Shown here in pieces: positions 14,301 through 26,800 of a DNA stretch of 64,000 nucleotides. This DNA comes from Sphagnum compactum (lineage: Eukaryota): positions 8,174,213 to 8,238,212 of the forward strand of contig OZ234493.1 of the NCBI GenBank assembly GCA_965153455.1, written 5' to 3'. Each line of letters begins with the position of its first letter. Position 1 is the stretch's first letter. The translations under genes were made by a program, and so were the position numbers. Under the pieces are notes generated by a model, which worked only from the letters and a program-made list of their open reading frames with translations, ran no database searches and had not been told where the DNA came from.

Positions 14301-14789
14301 ACCACAAGCAAAAAATTTCTCGTGTTGTTGATTCTGCCTTTCTGAACCTGTTCCTGCCCATCCAGCAGTATTTTGATGGTCCATACATTACCCAGTCAAT
14401 AGGATTCAAAGATCAAAGCAAATCTTTAAGAATGCCCACCTGACAGATGTTATGGGATTAATTATTGTCAAGTCCCAGAAAAGATACCAGTGTGTTGTAT
14501 ATTAGAAGGCTACACTGATGCCAAGGTCTCACTGTCCAACTCCATGCGAGTGTTGAACTCCTTTACCCTTATGAGTATCAAAGGGCCAATCAGGTCCTGA
14601 TTGTGAGGTCACCTATGTAAGGCTCTGTATGGAGTGAATGCAGTGAAAATGCTTTTTTCTTCTCTTATCTCTGGCAGGATTTTAAAGTTATTGATTGGAT
14701 GGAATGCAGGAGAAGTAAATATTGAGGTACTTGCAGCTGGAAATGAGACTTTACACAAAGCTGCCCTTTCAGCATTGGCCTGGAGTTGA
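10266..14789 (+). CDS. HISN7: Histidinol-phosphate phosphatase / inositol monophosphatase-like 2 (HISN7/IMPL2), organelle-targeted, about 412 aa, 9 exons
   Basis: Exons 10266-10818, 11976-12054, 12393-12487, 12711-12760, 13062-13189, 13376-13442, 13666-13755, 14128-14224, 14710-14789. All junctions GT-AG, total 1239 nt, in frame. IMPase motifs SPVTIADRAAE, IFGEE, WVLDPIDGTKSFITG, YTTSPHMF, LYGCDCYAYGLLAAGHVDLVIE, KPYDYLALVPIVEGAGG. Start codon (in-frame ATGs also at 10017 and 10047) and last acceptor less certain. Confidence 0.92.
11332..11369. repeat. (CT)n microsatellite in HISN7 intron 1
   Basis: About 19 CT units read directly. Confidence 0.95.
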
Positions 14790-15303
14790 TGATGCAGAGG
14801 AGCAAGCTAAACGGAATAGACAGGTGTTCATGGTCAAGGCCACCACAAGTGAGGAAGGTAAATCTGTGTACAACATCAGCAGTTCTGGCTAAACTGACTG
14901 GTACACCAGATCCCATGTCAACTCTAAAGTTTTGAAGCATAATAATGGCAGAGAACAAACTGGGATGGGTGACCAGCTAGGTAGCTGCTGCAACAATATA
15001 GAGCCCTGCCTCTGTGAAGAGGCAATACCTACAGATACAGAGAGGTGATGAAGAAGGATCTCTCAATTACCTATACTCCAGATTGCTTACGGTATCAGCT
15101 CCAAGATTATTTTTTTTGCTTTGGTAGCAATCTAATTTTTGTTCCTCCTATTTCAGCAGTCTTATTGCTTAGCTATTGAAGGGAAATTGGTGTATATGGT
15201 TCATTGAAGTCAGGCCATTCGCCTGCCCTGTGAAAGGAAGGTGTCAGAGGACAAATGGCAGGTGAAAATGATGCTCAGGTCAGGTATGCAGACCAATCTA
15301 ATT

Positions 15304-15307
<4 letters not shown>

Positions 15308-15335
<28 letters not shown>
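15308..15335. repeat. (AG)n microsatellite downstream of HISN7
   Basis: About 14 AG units read directly. Confidence 0.95.
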
Positions 15336-15339
<4 letters not shown>

Positions 15340-17219
15340 CAGCGTATAAGACTATCTCTCTTGAAATAAAAACACACTGGGTTTTGTGGGAGTTGATGAA
15401 GCCCCCTGTTACCAAACCATAGAAGTGCAGCTGCAAGAAATACTGAAGATGAATATGCATCAGAATATGGAATGGAAGATGTCTCTTTTTCTGAACCTCC
15501 AATAGAAATTGCAGTTGGTCAATAGCACATTCCCTTCACATCCTTTCACGTCCTGCCTTCACATGATGCGGAGAAAACTCAAACTGATGCTCGGTCTGTT
15601 TGTTTCCTCTATTTTAGAATAGAGTTTGAGGATGAAAATGGGGATTGAAGAGAGGTATGTGTGCTGCTCTCAGACCTTGAGGGAGTTTGAAGACCTCTTC
15701 AATTGTCGCTGGAACTGTAAGCTTCTCAAACTGACAACTCCGTGATCTTTTTAATAGTTTACATGTATTCAACTGCATCATTTGAAAGACACAGTGACAG
15801 ACATTGTGAGCACATTATGCCATAGGCCAAATGCATGTGCATTCATGTGAAATCTCTTGGACAACATCAGCAGGATCCAAAATTGCCACATTTTCAAGCT
15901 CTCACCACCAGGCAACTGTAATCTAATTGAATTTCTAATGATAAAAACTACTTAAAATTCAGTATCACTTGCACCTTAGGTCTAAACAGTTCCAATTCAC
16001 TTTCATTAAATCCTACTCACTAAGGATTTTCCAGCAATAGCAAGAACATGCCCAAATTCTCCCCTAACATTGAGTTTTGATGTAAACGAATTTTCAAAGA
16101 TAATGTCAAAGTTACCAAGGTACTCCCATAGCATAAAAGTTGTTTCAATCCACCCAGTGGGAAGTCTTGGGAAGAAAAAAAAACTTCCACTTAGCCTGAA
16201 AACAATACAATGCAAACAAAACATAAATTTATTATAAACTCTCCACCCAACCTTAGGGTCACACAAATTCTTACAAATTTTATGATCTCAAGCTTTGGCC
16301 TACTCTTGAATAAGGGGTCACTATCCACATGCAAATGTTACTTTCCTTAGTATTGTATGCCTTGTGCATAAGGTCACCATCCCATGTAATGAATACTTAA
16401 TTAACCTTCACTCCTAGTCCCAAAAGTTAGTTGGGCATGAAACATAAATATCTAAATAAAGTAACATGGTAAAAAGATAAGATGTTAACAGCCAACACCC
16501 CCATTCAACAAACTATTAAATTACACATTTTATCACACCGTCGAGCATTGGAAATGTTCATGTTTGTCAATAAAAAAGCCTTGGTCAATACATTTGCAAC
16601 AATATTTTTTGTGTGGCACTACACCAACTTAATAAAATCATTTTCAATTTTGTGTCACACCAAATGATGATGAATCTTGATACGTTTCATGCATACATGA
16701 AAAGTTGAATTTTATGATAAAGATACATAGCCTTGATTGTCATCATGTATAATAATGGGTTTCATCTATGACATACCATGTGTCCCAAAAATTGATGAAA
16801 GCCAATTTGTTTGCATTGTAACTTGGGAAGATACCATATACCCATTTTTTATTGATGACATCACAATACGTGTTTATTTCTTCCTATTTTGACTAATAGT
16901 TCCATTGCCCAATAAAAAAAATCTTATTACAACGCACTTAACCTTAAGGATCCTTGTTAGAATGCCTTCATCTCAACATGTTTCATTGAAACTTTAATTA
17001 CAAGTAACATTCTTGTTGGAATGCACTTGGTTTGCACTATGGTTTGCAATTGTTTTGAAACACACTTGACCTTGGCTATGGTAAACATCTAAATGTGGAT
17101 GCACATCCTATTTTTGTTGAAACCATAATTATAATAACAACCCATTAAAACACACCTAGCCTTAGCTACAGTTTACACCCTATTTACAACTCACTTAACC
17201 TTAGTTATGGTAAATGTCT

Positions 17220-18488
17220 TACTAAAAGAAATATTGTATTATGAAAACATCTAATTTGCGACTATATGCAATTAATTATCATTTGTAATTGTGTTTTGTC
17301 AAATAACCATCATCCTTTTCAACTTATTACATTCCTTGCAACTATGGTATGATTAATTTGCAATTGCTAGGTTTTCCATCTTTCCATGTTGATTAATTTA
17401 TTGGGTTTTCATGCCAAATTAGTTGCAAAAGTGATACAACTTGATTACATTTATGTGATGTACTTGTACTTTTGAAATGTATTAAAGTGTTTTTGAATGT
17501 TTTAGAGGTATATTAATAGACTTGTGCATTTATTTTATATTTAGCACATGTTCAACATATATTTTATATATATTGTGGGTTGGCTAGATAGTTTAAATAA
17601 GTAAATAACTAAGTAGGTAAGGCTACCTACTAATTAAGTATTGTATTAATATATACTATAAACTAATATTTACAAGTTAATTTGTTAGGTAATAATGATA
17701 ATTAATTAGATTTTAATCATTTTTAATTAAATATTAAATAGTAACTTATAACTCGACAATTAGTTAGTTAACTAGTTAACTAGTTAGTTAGTTATTACTT
17801 ATTTAGTTATGTAGTTTACAAAATTAAAAAGAAGAACAAAGGATATTGGATCAATTTTTTAATTCCAATTTAGTTTGCAACTAGAAAGTTTATCCCATAT
17901 GTTTTGTCCTTCATTTTCATCTTGCAAATTATATAAAGAAGATGTTTTGTTTAACATCTCATATTAAAAAACATTTGTCATTTGGGATGAACCAATAAAA
18001 AATGTTTAACCCTAAAAGCTAAACCCAAAATAAAATTATAATTTTTATATCCTACTGTACAACTTACTTAACTCCTTAACTTAAGTAGGTAGGTCTATCC
18101 ACCTACCTAAATATTGATTTAAATGAACTTCGCCCAAATTATGCCACATGGCACAATTGCATTACAACAAATTATGTCGCGTGGCATAATCCCATTGGAG
18201 CAAATTGTGGCATGTGGCAAAGTCCCATTAGAACAAATTATGACATGTAGCATATTTCCATCAATCAATGTGATGACATTGTAGACCGTTTAAATAGATG
18301 ATGAAACTTTAATTTATATTCTCATAAACAATTACAAGAAAAACTATTATGTTATTAAGTGACAATTAATGAATGCATTATATGATAATTGCAAAAATGG
18401 GACTTGTTCTAAGTCACGTACAAATAGTCAACAAATAAATGGGTCCCTACTCAACTATTGCCTCAGATAAGCCCTTATTCTAGTAATG
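17220..18488. mobile_element. Degenerate non-autonomous CACTA (En/Spm)-like element
   Basis: Left end TACTAAAAGAAAT resembles CACTACAAGAAAT. Right end TTCTAGTAATG resembles TTCTTGTAGTG. Flanks TCT/TCC (3-bp TSD with one C>T). Recurrent TTGCAAC/GTTGCAA motifs and internal TAGTTA/TAGGTA low-complexity DNA. Confidence 0.4.
18135..18280. repeat. Minisatellite of about 33 bp, 4-5 copies
   Basis: CAAATTATGCCACATGGCACAATTGCATTACAA-like unit repeated head to tail. Confidence 0.8.
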
Positions 18489-20942
18489 TCCTTGTCTTCA
18501 AGCATTACCTTGCACTTCACTCAACCTCCAATATATTACAATATATATAAACACACATGCACATGTCTATCAATTAAATAATGTTTTCATCCAAAGGTGT
18601 TACCCAATGTAATGGTTTTTTTTTTTTAATGAGAAGAGAAGGAACATTACAAAAAGAAAAAAATCTAAGAATTATTTAACATTAACATACATATGTATGT
18701 TATGACACAACCAAAACAATTGTTGATAATGTGAATGGATAGATGAGTTGTGATGAACAATTATCAAAAAATTGAACTTTGATTATTTTACAAGGTATAA
18801 AAGTATTTACCTTGAGACCATTGATTTAAAAACTTCATTCTCTAGTTATGTTATTGTAATAACAAAATTACATGTGTTTGTTGTTAAAGCTTTATTTTTT
18901 AATATTAATATACATGTCACTTACTATTCCAAAATATTTATTGACCTTATATGCTATGGATTATCCAACAATGGAACACTTGATATATTCATTGTGCAAG
19001 ATATGCAAAACCCTAAAGGTTGTGTTAAAGTTCATTGCTTGAGGTTATGCTTGATTTCACAAGTTTTGACTTTTGGTTGACTATGGGATATAACTATGTA
19101 AAGAAAGGTTATGTTTCCATAAATGAAATGCACATATCAAAAGTTGTCACACCCGCCCTTTAAATGTAAATTAACAAATCATGTGTCCTTACATTGTGAG
19201 CTTCCCATGCTTAATGCATCCCTCAATCCTATAAGAAACAAAACAATCTATAGATTTAACATTGAAACAAAGTTAGTGTGCTTAAAAGGGAGATTGAAAA
19301 CTTTACCAAAGCCTTCAAGATGTACATTCTTGTAGTAATAGATAATTTGTTTTTTTTGGATTCCATGCACCATAAAAGGGGATTTACATATTCTACTTTG
19401 ATCACTATAAACTTTTATGTACATAAGTGATCAAACTTTCTTGAGAAAGTGAAAGGCTCCCCTTGAAGAAAAACAAAATTAAATAAAAAATCTTCTGTTT
19501 ACAATATGTTGTTACTTATATACCCTTTCATGAAGTTTTAAACACTATAACCTATTCACATCACAAAATAAGGTGATAGGTTCAACTTCTAAAAAATGTT
19601 ATTCACATTCAAATGGAAAACTTGCCCAAATGGCCAAAGTACTATCTATCCAATCATGACTAAATTTAACACCTTGAAATTGGAAGGACAATAAACAATT
19701 ATCATACAATTATCATAATGTAGGAATAAAACTGACATTGAGGTGTTGGATATTATTAATTTATTAATTGCATTTCAGCAGATGATATTTTGTTATTTGC
19801 CAAAATTTTCAGCTTACTTTGAGTATTTTTCTCACAATTATCTTTAGAAGAATAGGCCCAATGTGCTTGCACCCTTCGTTACTCTCCTTCGTCACCATTC
19901 CTAATAAACACACGACCCTTTCATGTCGCACCACATACACACACAATAAAGGCGCATTTATCCCCCTTAAATCAAAACACTTGAGGAAAAACTATATGCT
20001 GCCTCTTTTGAAAGCATCATTGGCCTTGCCACTTATTTCTTCACAATTGACATGTAGAAAGGCGTTGGAATAGTTTTGTTAGGTTTTCACAATGTTTGAC
20101 AACATAGGCTTCAAATTTGACATAATTTTTTCCAAAAATCAATCATTTGGAGAATAATTTAATTAGTGTTGAATACATTCATGCACCACAATAGTGAGAC
20201 ATTCAACAAGGTGTCGAGTGGAAGGAGTTGAATATCATAAATAAACAAGTTGTTCATTGCTTGATGGTTTTGCCCATTAAAACAAGTTCGAATCAAAAAC
20301 CTATGAACCATATCCATCCATTATATACACACATTGTATTTCAAATGTCATTCACAAGTTGGGTCAAGTTTAAACCAAAATTTTATGGCATATCTTTTGT
20401 CAATTGATGTTTAATCTTTTCCCTAAAGCTAAGAGCCAATAAATTTCCAATTTTAGCCAAAATCAAAAGAATAATCAGTTTTCATCCACCACCTCAAAGG
20501 GCCATAACCATGAGTTATATCAATAAATTAAACAACCTTAGATTTTATATTGGCAAGTAAAAGGAATGTCCACTAACAGCTGCAACATATAAGGGCTTGG
20601 GATACTATCCATGCATGGATGGAAAGGACCTCCACCCACCCCAACTTCTTTTCTTTTGCCACAACCCACCCATCCCCAAGGCCCATAAATCTATTTAGGC
20701 ATTTTTCTCAACCTATCATTAATTAACTAACTTTGACCATCTACTTCCACATTTTTCAATTTAACATTTATAATGTATTAATTTCATTTATTTATGGAAT
20801 AGAGGTCAAGCATTTTAGGGCATAGGGTGTGTGTCTTCTTCTTTTGAAGCTCTTCCAATGCTCATAGATTGTCATAATTGTGTGTAATTTATTTATAGGA
20901 CTTTAATTAAGCAAGTTCACTATCCAAATTTTCCAACATTTA

Positions 20943-21505
20943 TGACGCGTTCCCAAGCTCTTTGATAGACTCAAATGTGAGTATAAGGTGAAAACAACGG
21001 AAGAGTACGGAGTTGGAGCACGCTCCCTGTCTTGCAACACTTTGGGGGTAGAGGGGCGTGTTGGAGCTCCAGGATGGGGACTAGGAAGAGTGACAAACAT
21101 CAATTATTCACACGGGCCTGCACAAACAAAACAACAAGTTGGTTGGTGCATAGTTTGAGCGATTTTGGTGCACGGACGAGCCACAGGCAAACACGAACTC
21201 ACAAGACTCACCACGGCCCAGACTTGGGGGAAGCCACCACCTTCCCCCTTATAGTATACTCTGTGCGTGGCCACAGGGCCAGCACCCAAACGGCATTATG
21301 TCTTAAGACTCCCAAGTGGGAGTCCCGAAATTCCCTAAATTGGACTCCCGCAACTTTGGAGGCCCATAACTTTGTATGTAGACCTCCGATTGAAGTGAGG
21401 TCTAAAGCAAAATTATAGCCCTCATCAAGAGCTTTCCAACGGTATGTAACACGTCACCTGCACGCAAGTAAATCGGGGCGATTCCCGACTTTTAGGGTTG
21501 CGACA
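20943..21505. mobile_element. Solo LTR (563 bp) of an LTR retrotransposon with perfect 5-bp TSD
   Basis: Begins TGACGC and ends GCGACA (TG...CA). Flanked by ATTTA at 20938-20942 and 21506-21510. GC-rich and CpG-retaining relative to its surroundings. Confidence 0.88.
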
Positions 21506-21929
21506 ATTTATGTCACAAATTTCACAACTTGAAGAAATATACAATAACAAGTGTAATAGAATGGTTGTGGGACCTTTCACCAATTTAAATTTAGTGTTTT
21601 GGAACCTTTGGAATATGCAAGTTTTCACATTACGAGAAAACATGGCTTTCAGAAGGCCAACTTGACCGAAATGTCCGCATTGACCCAAGGGTATGTCCAT
21701 TTTAATTAAAGGTTTCGGGCATGAAAAACACATGTTACATTTGACCAATATATTTGACTAAATTGACCTTTTTGACCAAGTGTCAAACTGAAAATCTAGT
21801 CAAAATGGACAAACGTCCATCAAAATGGCCATGGCTTCATCAAATTGACCATATTGAATGGATAGGGTTTACTCAAATTGACCATCCTGATTTGACCTTT
21901 AGTCAAATGAACATACTCATTTTATGACT

Positions 21930-23600
21930 TAGCCTACTTGTTAAGTTTAAGCTACCTACCTAACTTAACATAATTAATAGGTTACGCTAGGCTTAAACTA
22001 CCTATCTAACCTAGCATAATTAATAGGCTTGTAGATTGTTTGTTATGTAATAACCTAACTAATAGCCTAGCTAAAACTTATATAGTAGGTCACTTAGGAT
22101 GTAGCGTAAAGACTATTAAATAGTCTATAACTAGGTAGTGCAAACGTTCTAGGTCCGTATCGTAGGTGATTTAGGCTTATTATATATACCTATTAGCCAT
22201 ATAAATAACCTATTAACCTAGGCCTACTATGTAAATAACATAGGCCACCTAGACATAGTAGGTAGGTAGCCTATCCTATTAGCTAAGTAAGTAGCTTAAG
22301 CCACCTAGGCTTATTAGGTATAAGGTAGCTTAATCTAAGTTATCGAAGTCTACTTGGTAACTACGTACATAACGTAAGCCATTTAGGCCTACAAAGTAAG
22401 TAGTTTAACCTAGGTCACTTAAGCTTATTAGGTATGTAACCTAGTGTAAGCCACCTAAGCCTACATGGTAGGTACTTTAACCTAGGCCTATTTTGTAGGT
22501 ATGTAGCCTAACTTATGTTATTTAGGTAGATATGTAGCCTAACCTAGGCTAACTAGGTAAGTACATAGCTTAGGTAGCCTAGGTTAGCCTAATTTAAGCC
22601 TACTAAGTAAATACATAGTCGAACCTAGGCTACCTAAGTTATGCACTTACTTAGGTAGCCTAGGTTGGCCTACCCTAGGCCTACCAAGTAAGTATGTAAC
22701 CTAACCTAGGCTACCTAGGTAAATACATAGTTTAGGTAGCTTAGGTTAGCCTAAATTAGGCCTATTGGGTAGATACGTAGCCTAACCTAGGCTACCTAGG
22801 CCATTTAGGCCTACTATGTAGGTATACACAACTAATTTAAGTTAGGCCACCTAGGCTACTAGGTAGGTAGCCTAGCCTAATATTAAGTAAGTAATTTTAC
22901 CTTATACCTATTTAATAAGATAGGCTACCTACCTAGTATGCCTAGGCTAGATTTATTAATTATAGGCTAGTAGGTACCTACATAACCTACTATTAACATG
23001 GCATAGGTAGGTATAAGCATAGACTTAATAGGTACCTATAAGGCTTAATAGAATATAACCTACATGTTACTTAAATACATGCATTTATTAATAGGTACCT
23101 CCTACTTACCTAGGTTAACCTACCTATAACATACCTATTTATGTAAATAATGTAACAAAATTCAAGTTCATTTAGTGCAATATGTTGAAAAAAATTCATG
23201 GAAGTTGGTTACAATATGTTAATCCAAAATCACGTTTATTACAATATGTTGTCCAAAAACAATCACCTTGTGGGGTGGTGGTGCAATGGTTAAGGACTTG
23301 ATTCCTCAATGTGGAGGTGAGGAGTTCGAATCCCCACACTACCAACCTAAGCTACCTTGGCTACTTAGGTGACCTAATTAAGTAGCTAGGTTGCAAAACC
23401 TACTTAAACCACCTAGCCTAGGCTACTTGGCCTATCCTAAATGGCTTGGTGTAACCTAGGTGGTTAAGCTAAGTGGCCTAACCTAGGACATAGGGTTGGT
23501 AGGTAAATAAATGAATAATTTTTGGCATTAATTATTAGGTTTATTAATTAGGTAGGTAGGTAGATAGGTAGGTTAGGGTAGGGTAAAGTAGGGTAGGTAG
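21930..23600. repeat. Low-complexity array of CCTAGG / TAGGTA / TACCTA / TAGGCCTA motifs inside the CACTA element
   Basis: Dozens of short self-complementary motifs at about 21930-23140 and 23345-23600. Confidence 0.85.
23272..23343 (+). pseudogene. tRNA-derived (SINE-head-like) sequence with intact Pol III A and B boxes; not a functional tRNA
   Basis: A box TGGTGCAATGG at 23279-23289 and B box GTTCGAATCC at 23324-23333 with tRNA-like spacing. Acceptor and anticodon stems do not pair. Confidence 0.65.
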
Positions 23601-25299
23601 GGTAATTAATTAATTAATATTTTCATATTAATTTTAAATAATATATTTTAAATAATATATATTTTTGGTCACGGTGGTTCAGTAAAAAAACATAATAATA
23701 AAAACCCAGTCAAAAAGACCAACAAAAAAAACCTAGTCCAAAATGGTCGGGTCCAAATGGCACTTTGGTGAAGTTGGACATGGGGGCAAAAAAACCATAT
23801 GGGGATTTTTTTGACCAAAATTCCTGGTCAAAAAAGTCGAGATTTCTTGTAGTGTGAATGAAATGAATATTTTCTTCAAGAAATTAACAAAATTACATAT
23901 TTGGGTTGATGCATTTATAGTGATGTTTATTGCTACAAATGTACTAGGATTTTCTAATCTTTGAATAACATCCCTACTTACTGAATTGCAAACATTGTAA
24001 ACATGCTTTAAATCATAATCTTAAAACCAAAAAATTCAAAAGTTATGGAAATTTATTTTTGGTGATTGTGTGATTTCTTGTGTGCATCTTCATGTGACAC
24101 ATACAAGCCCACTCCAAACAACCCCACGTGATGAAAAAAATAAAATCAAATTGAAACAAGACCTTTCAACAAACACTTTTCTTATCCCATGTTGTGAATC
24201 TTTTTAGATCTATGTACAAGTTTATGTTATGAAAAGTCACATCTCTTAGCCCATCACCAAACAAGTTTATTTGAACCCTTGAAAACATGTCTTTAAAATA
24301 TGCTATAAGCAACACCCATGGTGAACACAATTTTTCATGAATGGACACCACTTTGCAAAATATCAAGAATAATTATTTTTTGTCAAATGTTTGTTCAAGG
24401 CTGAGTGTTTGGTGATAAGTTGTTCTATCCTAATAGAACAACTCCACCAATGCTCAATACATAACCGTGCAAATTAAGATTGGATGAAGAAAGTCCAATC
24501 ATGCCAATTTGGCTCAAAAATGGTTTTGGCACAACATTTTTCACAATCTATAAAGGGCACAACAAAATTAACATCTAATGTTGACCTACTATCAATTGGC
24601 TAGATAGTTTGATTGTCCAAGTGGGTTGGAATTAGTAATCTCCCACCTATTTGGACTAGGATGTAAGAAATATTTTTGCATTCACATATTGAGCACCACT
24701 ATAGATGATCTTAAAAAGGCACCTATATTCTTGACTACTTGTCCTACTTAGAAAAAAGAAGGATTATTAGAGTAGATAGGTTGGTGAGCAAACATTTAAA
24801 AACTCAAAGGAGGTCAAATCCTCACACATTTTCCTTATATTTCTAAAGTTAAAAAAAACATTTTTAGCATTTTTAACGCCACAAAATTGTTAAATTTAGT
24901 AAAGTAATGGGGAAAATATAAGATGTTCGATGTAAAAGGGTTCAATGTTCAATGATGGGTGAATTAAAATAGATTAATATTTCAAGTTTAAAATATTTAA
25001 TCATTGCATCTTTGCCTCTGGATTCCTCCAAAAGTAATTTGAATCATCCACTAATGAAATGTTTTCATCCTACCAATTCACTAGCCATTTACATTCTACC
25101 GTGTTTAATTTTTGCAATGTACTTGATTATATCCTACCTTGTTTAATCTTTGCCATATACTTGATTCTATCCTACTTGTTTAATGACTGCCATACACTGG
25201 GTAAAAACTATATTTTCAACATTTTTTTGTTGAAAATGCATTTTTGTAAATTTAGCACCTTCATTCTGCCAATGTCAGCTAGTGGGTTTTTGAATCGAT

Positions 25300-26800
25300 A
25301 GATGATGGTCATGGCCCATGACCATGTAATCTTGGCTTGGGGGTAATCATAGAATCAATGGATCAAGGATTCAAGTGTTCCCAAATCACAAATTGGACAC
25401 ATAACATCAATTCTACAATTTGCCTTAGCTTTCCATACATTGACTATAACCACCTTGTGAATAATTGGCCACAAACACCTTGAGTTTTTTTTAGCTTGGA
25501 TTGGTTGCCACACATGTTTCCATTTGATTCTAAATGAACTAGGTGGAATAGGAGCCCACTTTTTTGGTATATTTTTAATTAGGGAGGTTTTTTGGTTGAG
25601 TAATTCACAACTTTTCTTTGAGGTGTAGTGCATAAGAGTGGACCCATCCCTCCACTTCTATCAAGTGGGATCAAACTCTAGCATGGACAATTTGACATAG
25701 AACAAATGGAAGGTGGTTTTGCTAAGGCCTTTTTTGGTCAAGATCACATGTACAGTTGTTTGCATGTGCCTTTAATTGCCAAATCCAAGGTAGGGTGAAA
25801 TGGTTTTAGTGAGTCACCATAGCTGAATGTGGGATTACTTTTAGAGTAGTTAAATAAAGGTTGACTTTAAATAATTTGAAGCTTGCAAGGATGTGGCTTC
25901 ATTGTTGTCACAAAAGGAGAGAAAATCTTTTATAGTGCAGAATATGACTTCCGGAATGCTAATGTCATAAAAAACATAAATTCCTATCCATTCCTCCTTA
26001 ATTGTTTGTGCATGGTAGGGGACCAAAGTTGAGATAACCACTAGTTAGGGAATTCGTTCAAGATGCAAATCCATAAGACCTTTTCATTCTCATCAAAATT
26101 GGAATGTGTGTTTAACTTCCTGCCATGGCCAAAAGTCTTTGTCTTGGATGTCCCACAAATCTCCAATCCTTTGTAGACCATGCCTATGCAGTTGTTTTAC
26201 CATAGGGATTTTTATTCCAAAATTTTGCACCTTTAAATGTTGTGGACCACCAAAGAGGGTAGTTCAAAATGGAATCTAATAGAAACAAAGGTCCATTGTG
26301 AGATGTTTAACCATAGGATTCCAAACTTTTGTCATTATATTCCAAAGCTTGGACCATGTTGCTCATATATATGCGCATGAATTAATATCCATTGAAGACA
26401 AGGAATCCATTTCTTATGTTTTGAAGGTTGGGCTTTGCATATCTTGAATTGCAGTAACAATTTGATATTGGAGCATTGGTTCAAACGTCATGACTACCCA
26501 TTTGCTCAAAAAGAGCAATGAGAATTTCTTCAAGGTCAACGATGGTAAGCCCTTTAATCATCCATTTAGCACAACAATTTGTCCATTGTACCCTTGATCT
26601 AGTGTAATGTTCATGTCCATTCCATAGAAAGTTGCACATGGAGGAATTGCTTCCTTATTGCCATAGAAAAACCAACCCACATGGCAATGAAATATTAGAA
26701 TGCAGAACCCAAGATTGAATTAACAGTCAATGTTTTACCTACCAATGGTAAGTGTATGGTATCATAGTAATGGAACTTTTTCCTTGATTTTTCAACCAAG
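25300..26800 (-). mobile_element. LINE (L1-type) ORF2 C-terminal remnant
   Basis: ORF 25355-25633 has the zf-RVT-like WKHVW...LWPIIHKVVIVNVW...CPIC....ESLIH. Near 26680-26790 the - strand reads KSRKKFHYYDTIHLPLVGKTLTVNSILGS, resembling the post-RT region. Many stops. Confidence 0.78.

Larger units (their letters stand above)
21628..23854. mobile_element. Non-autonomous CACTA (En/Spm) transposon, about 2.2 kb
   Basis: Right end ATTTCTTGTAGTG is the reverse complement of CACTACAAGAAAT. Left end CATTACGAGAAAA. Multiple subterminal TTGACC motifs on the left and GGTCA/AGTCAA on the right. Flanks TCA/TGA (imperfect TSD). No transposase ORF. Confidence 0.72.

Noticed and set aside
23272-23343. Functional tRNA gene (including a TCA-anticodon reading)
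   Set aside because: Acceptor and anticodon stems do not base-pair, so the anticodon cannot be assigned
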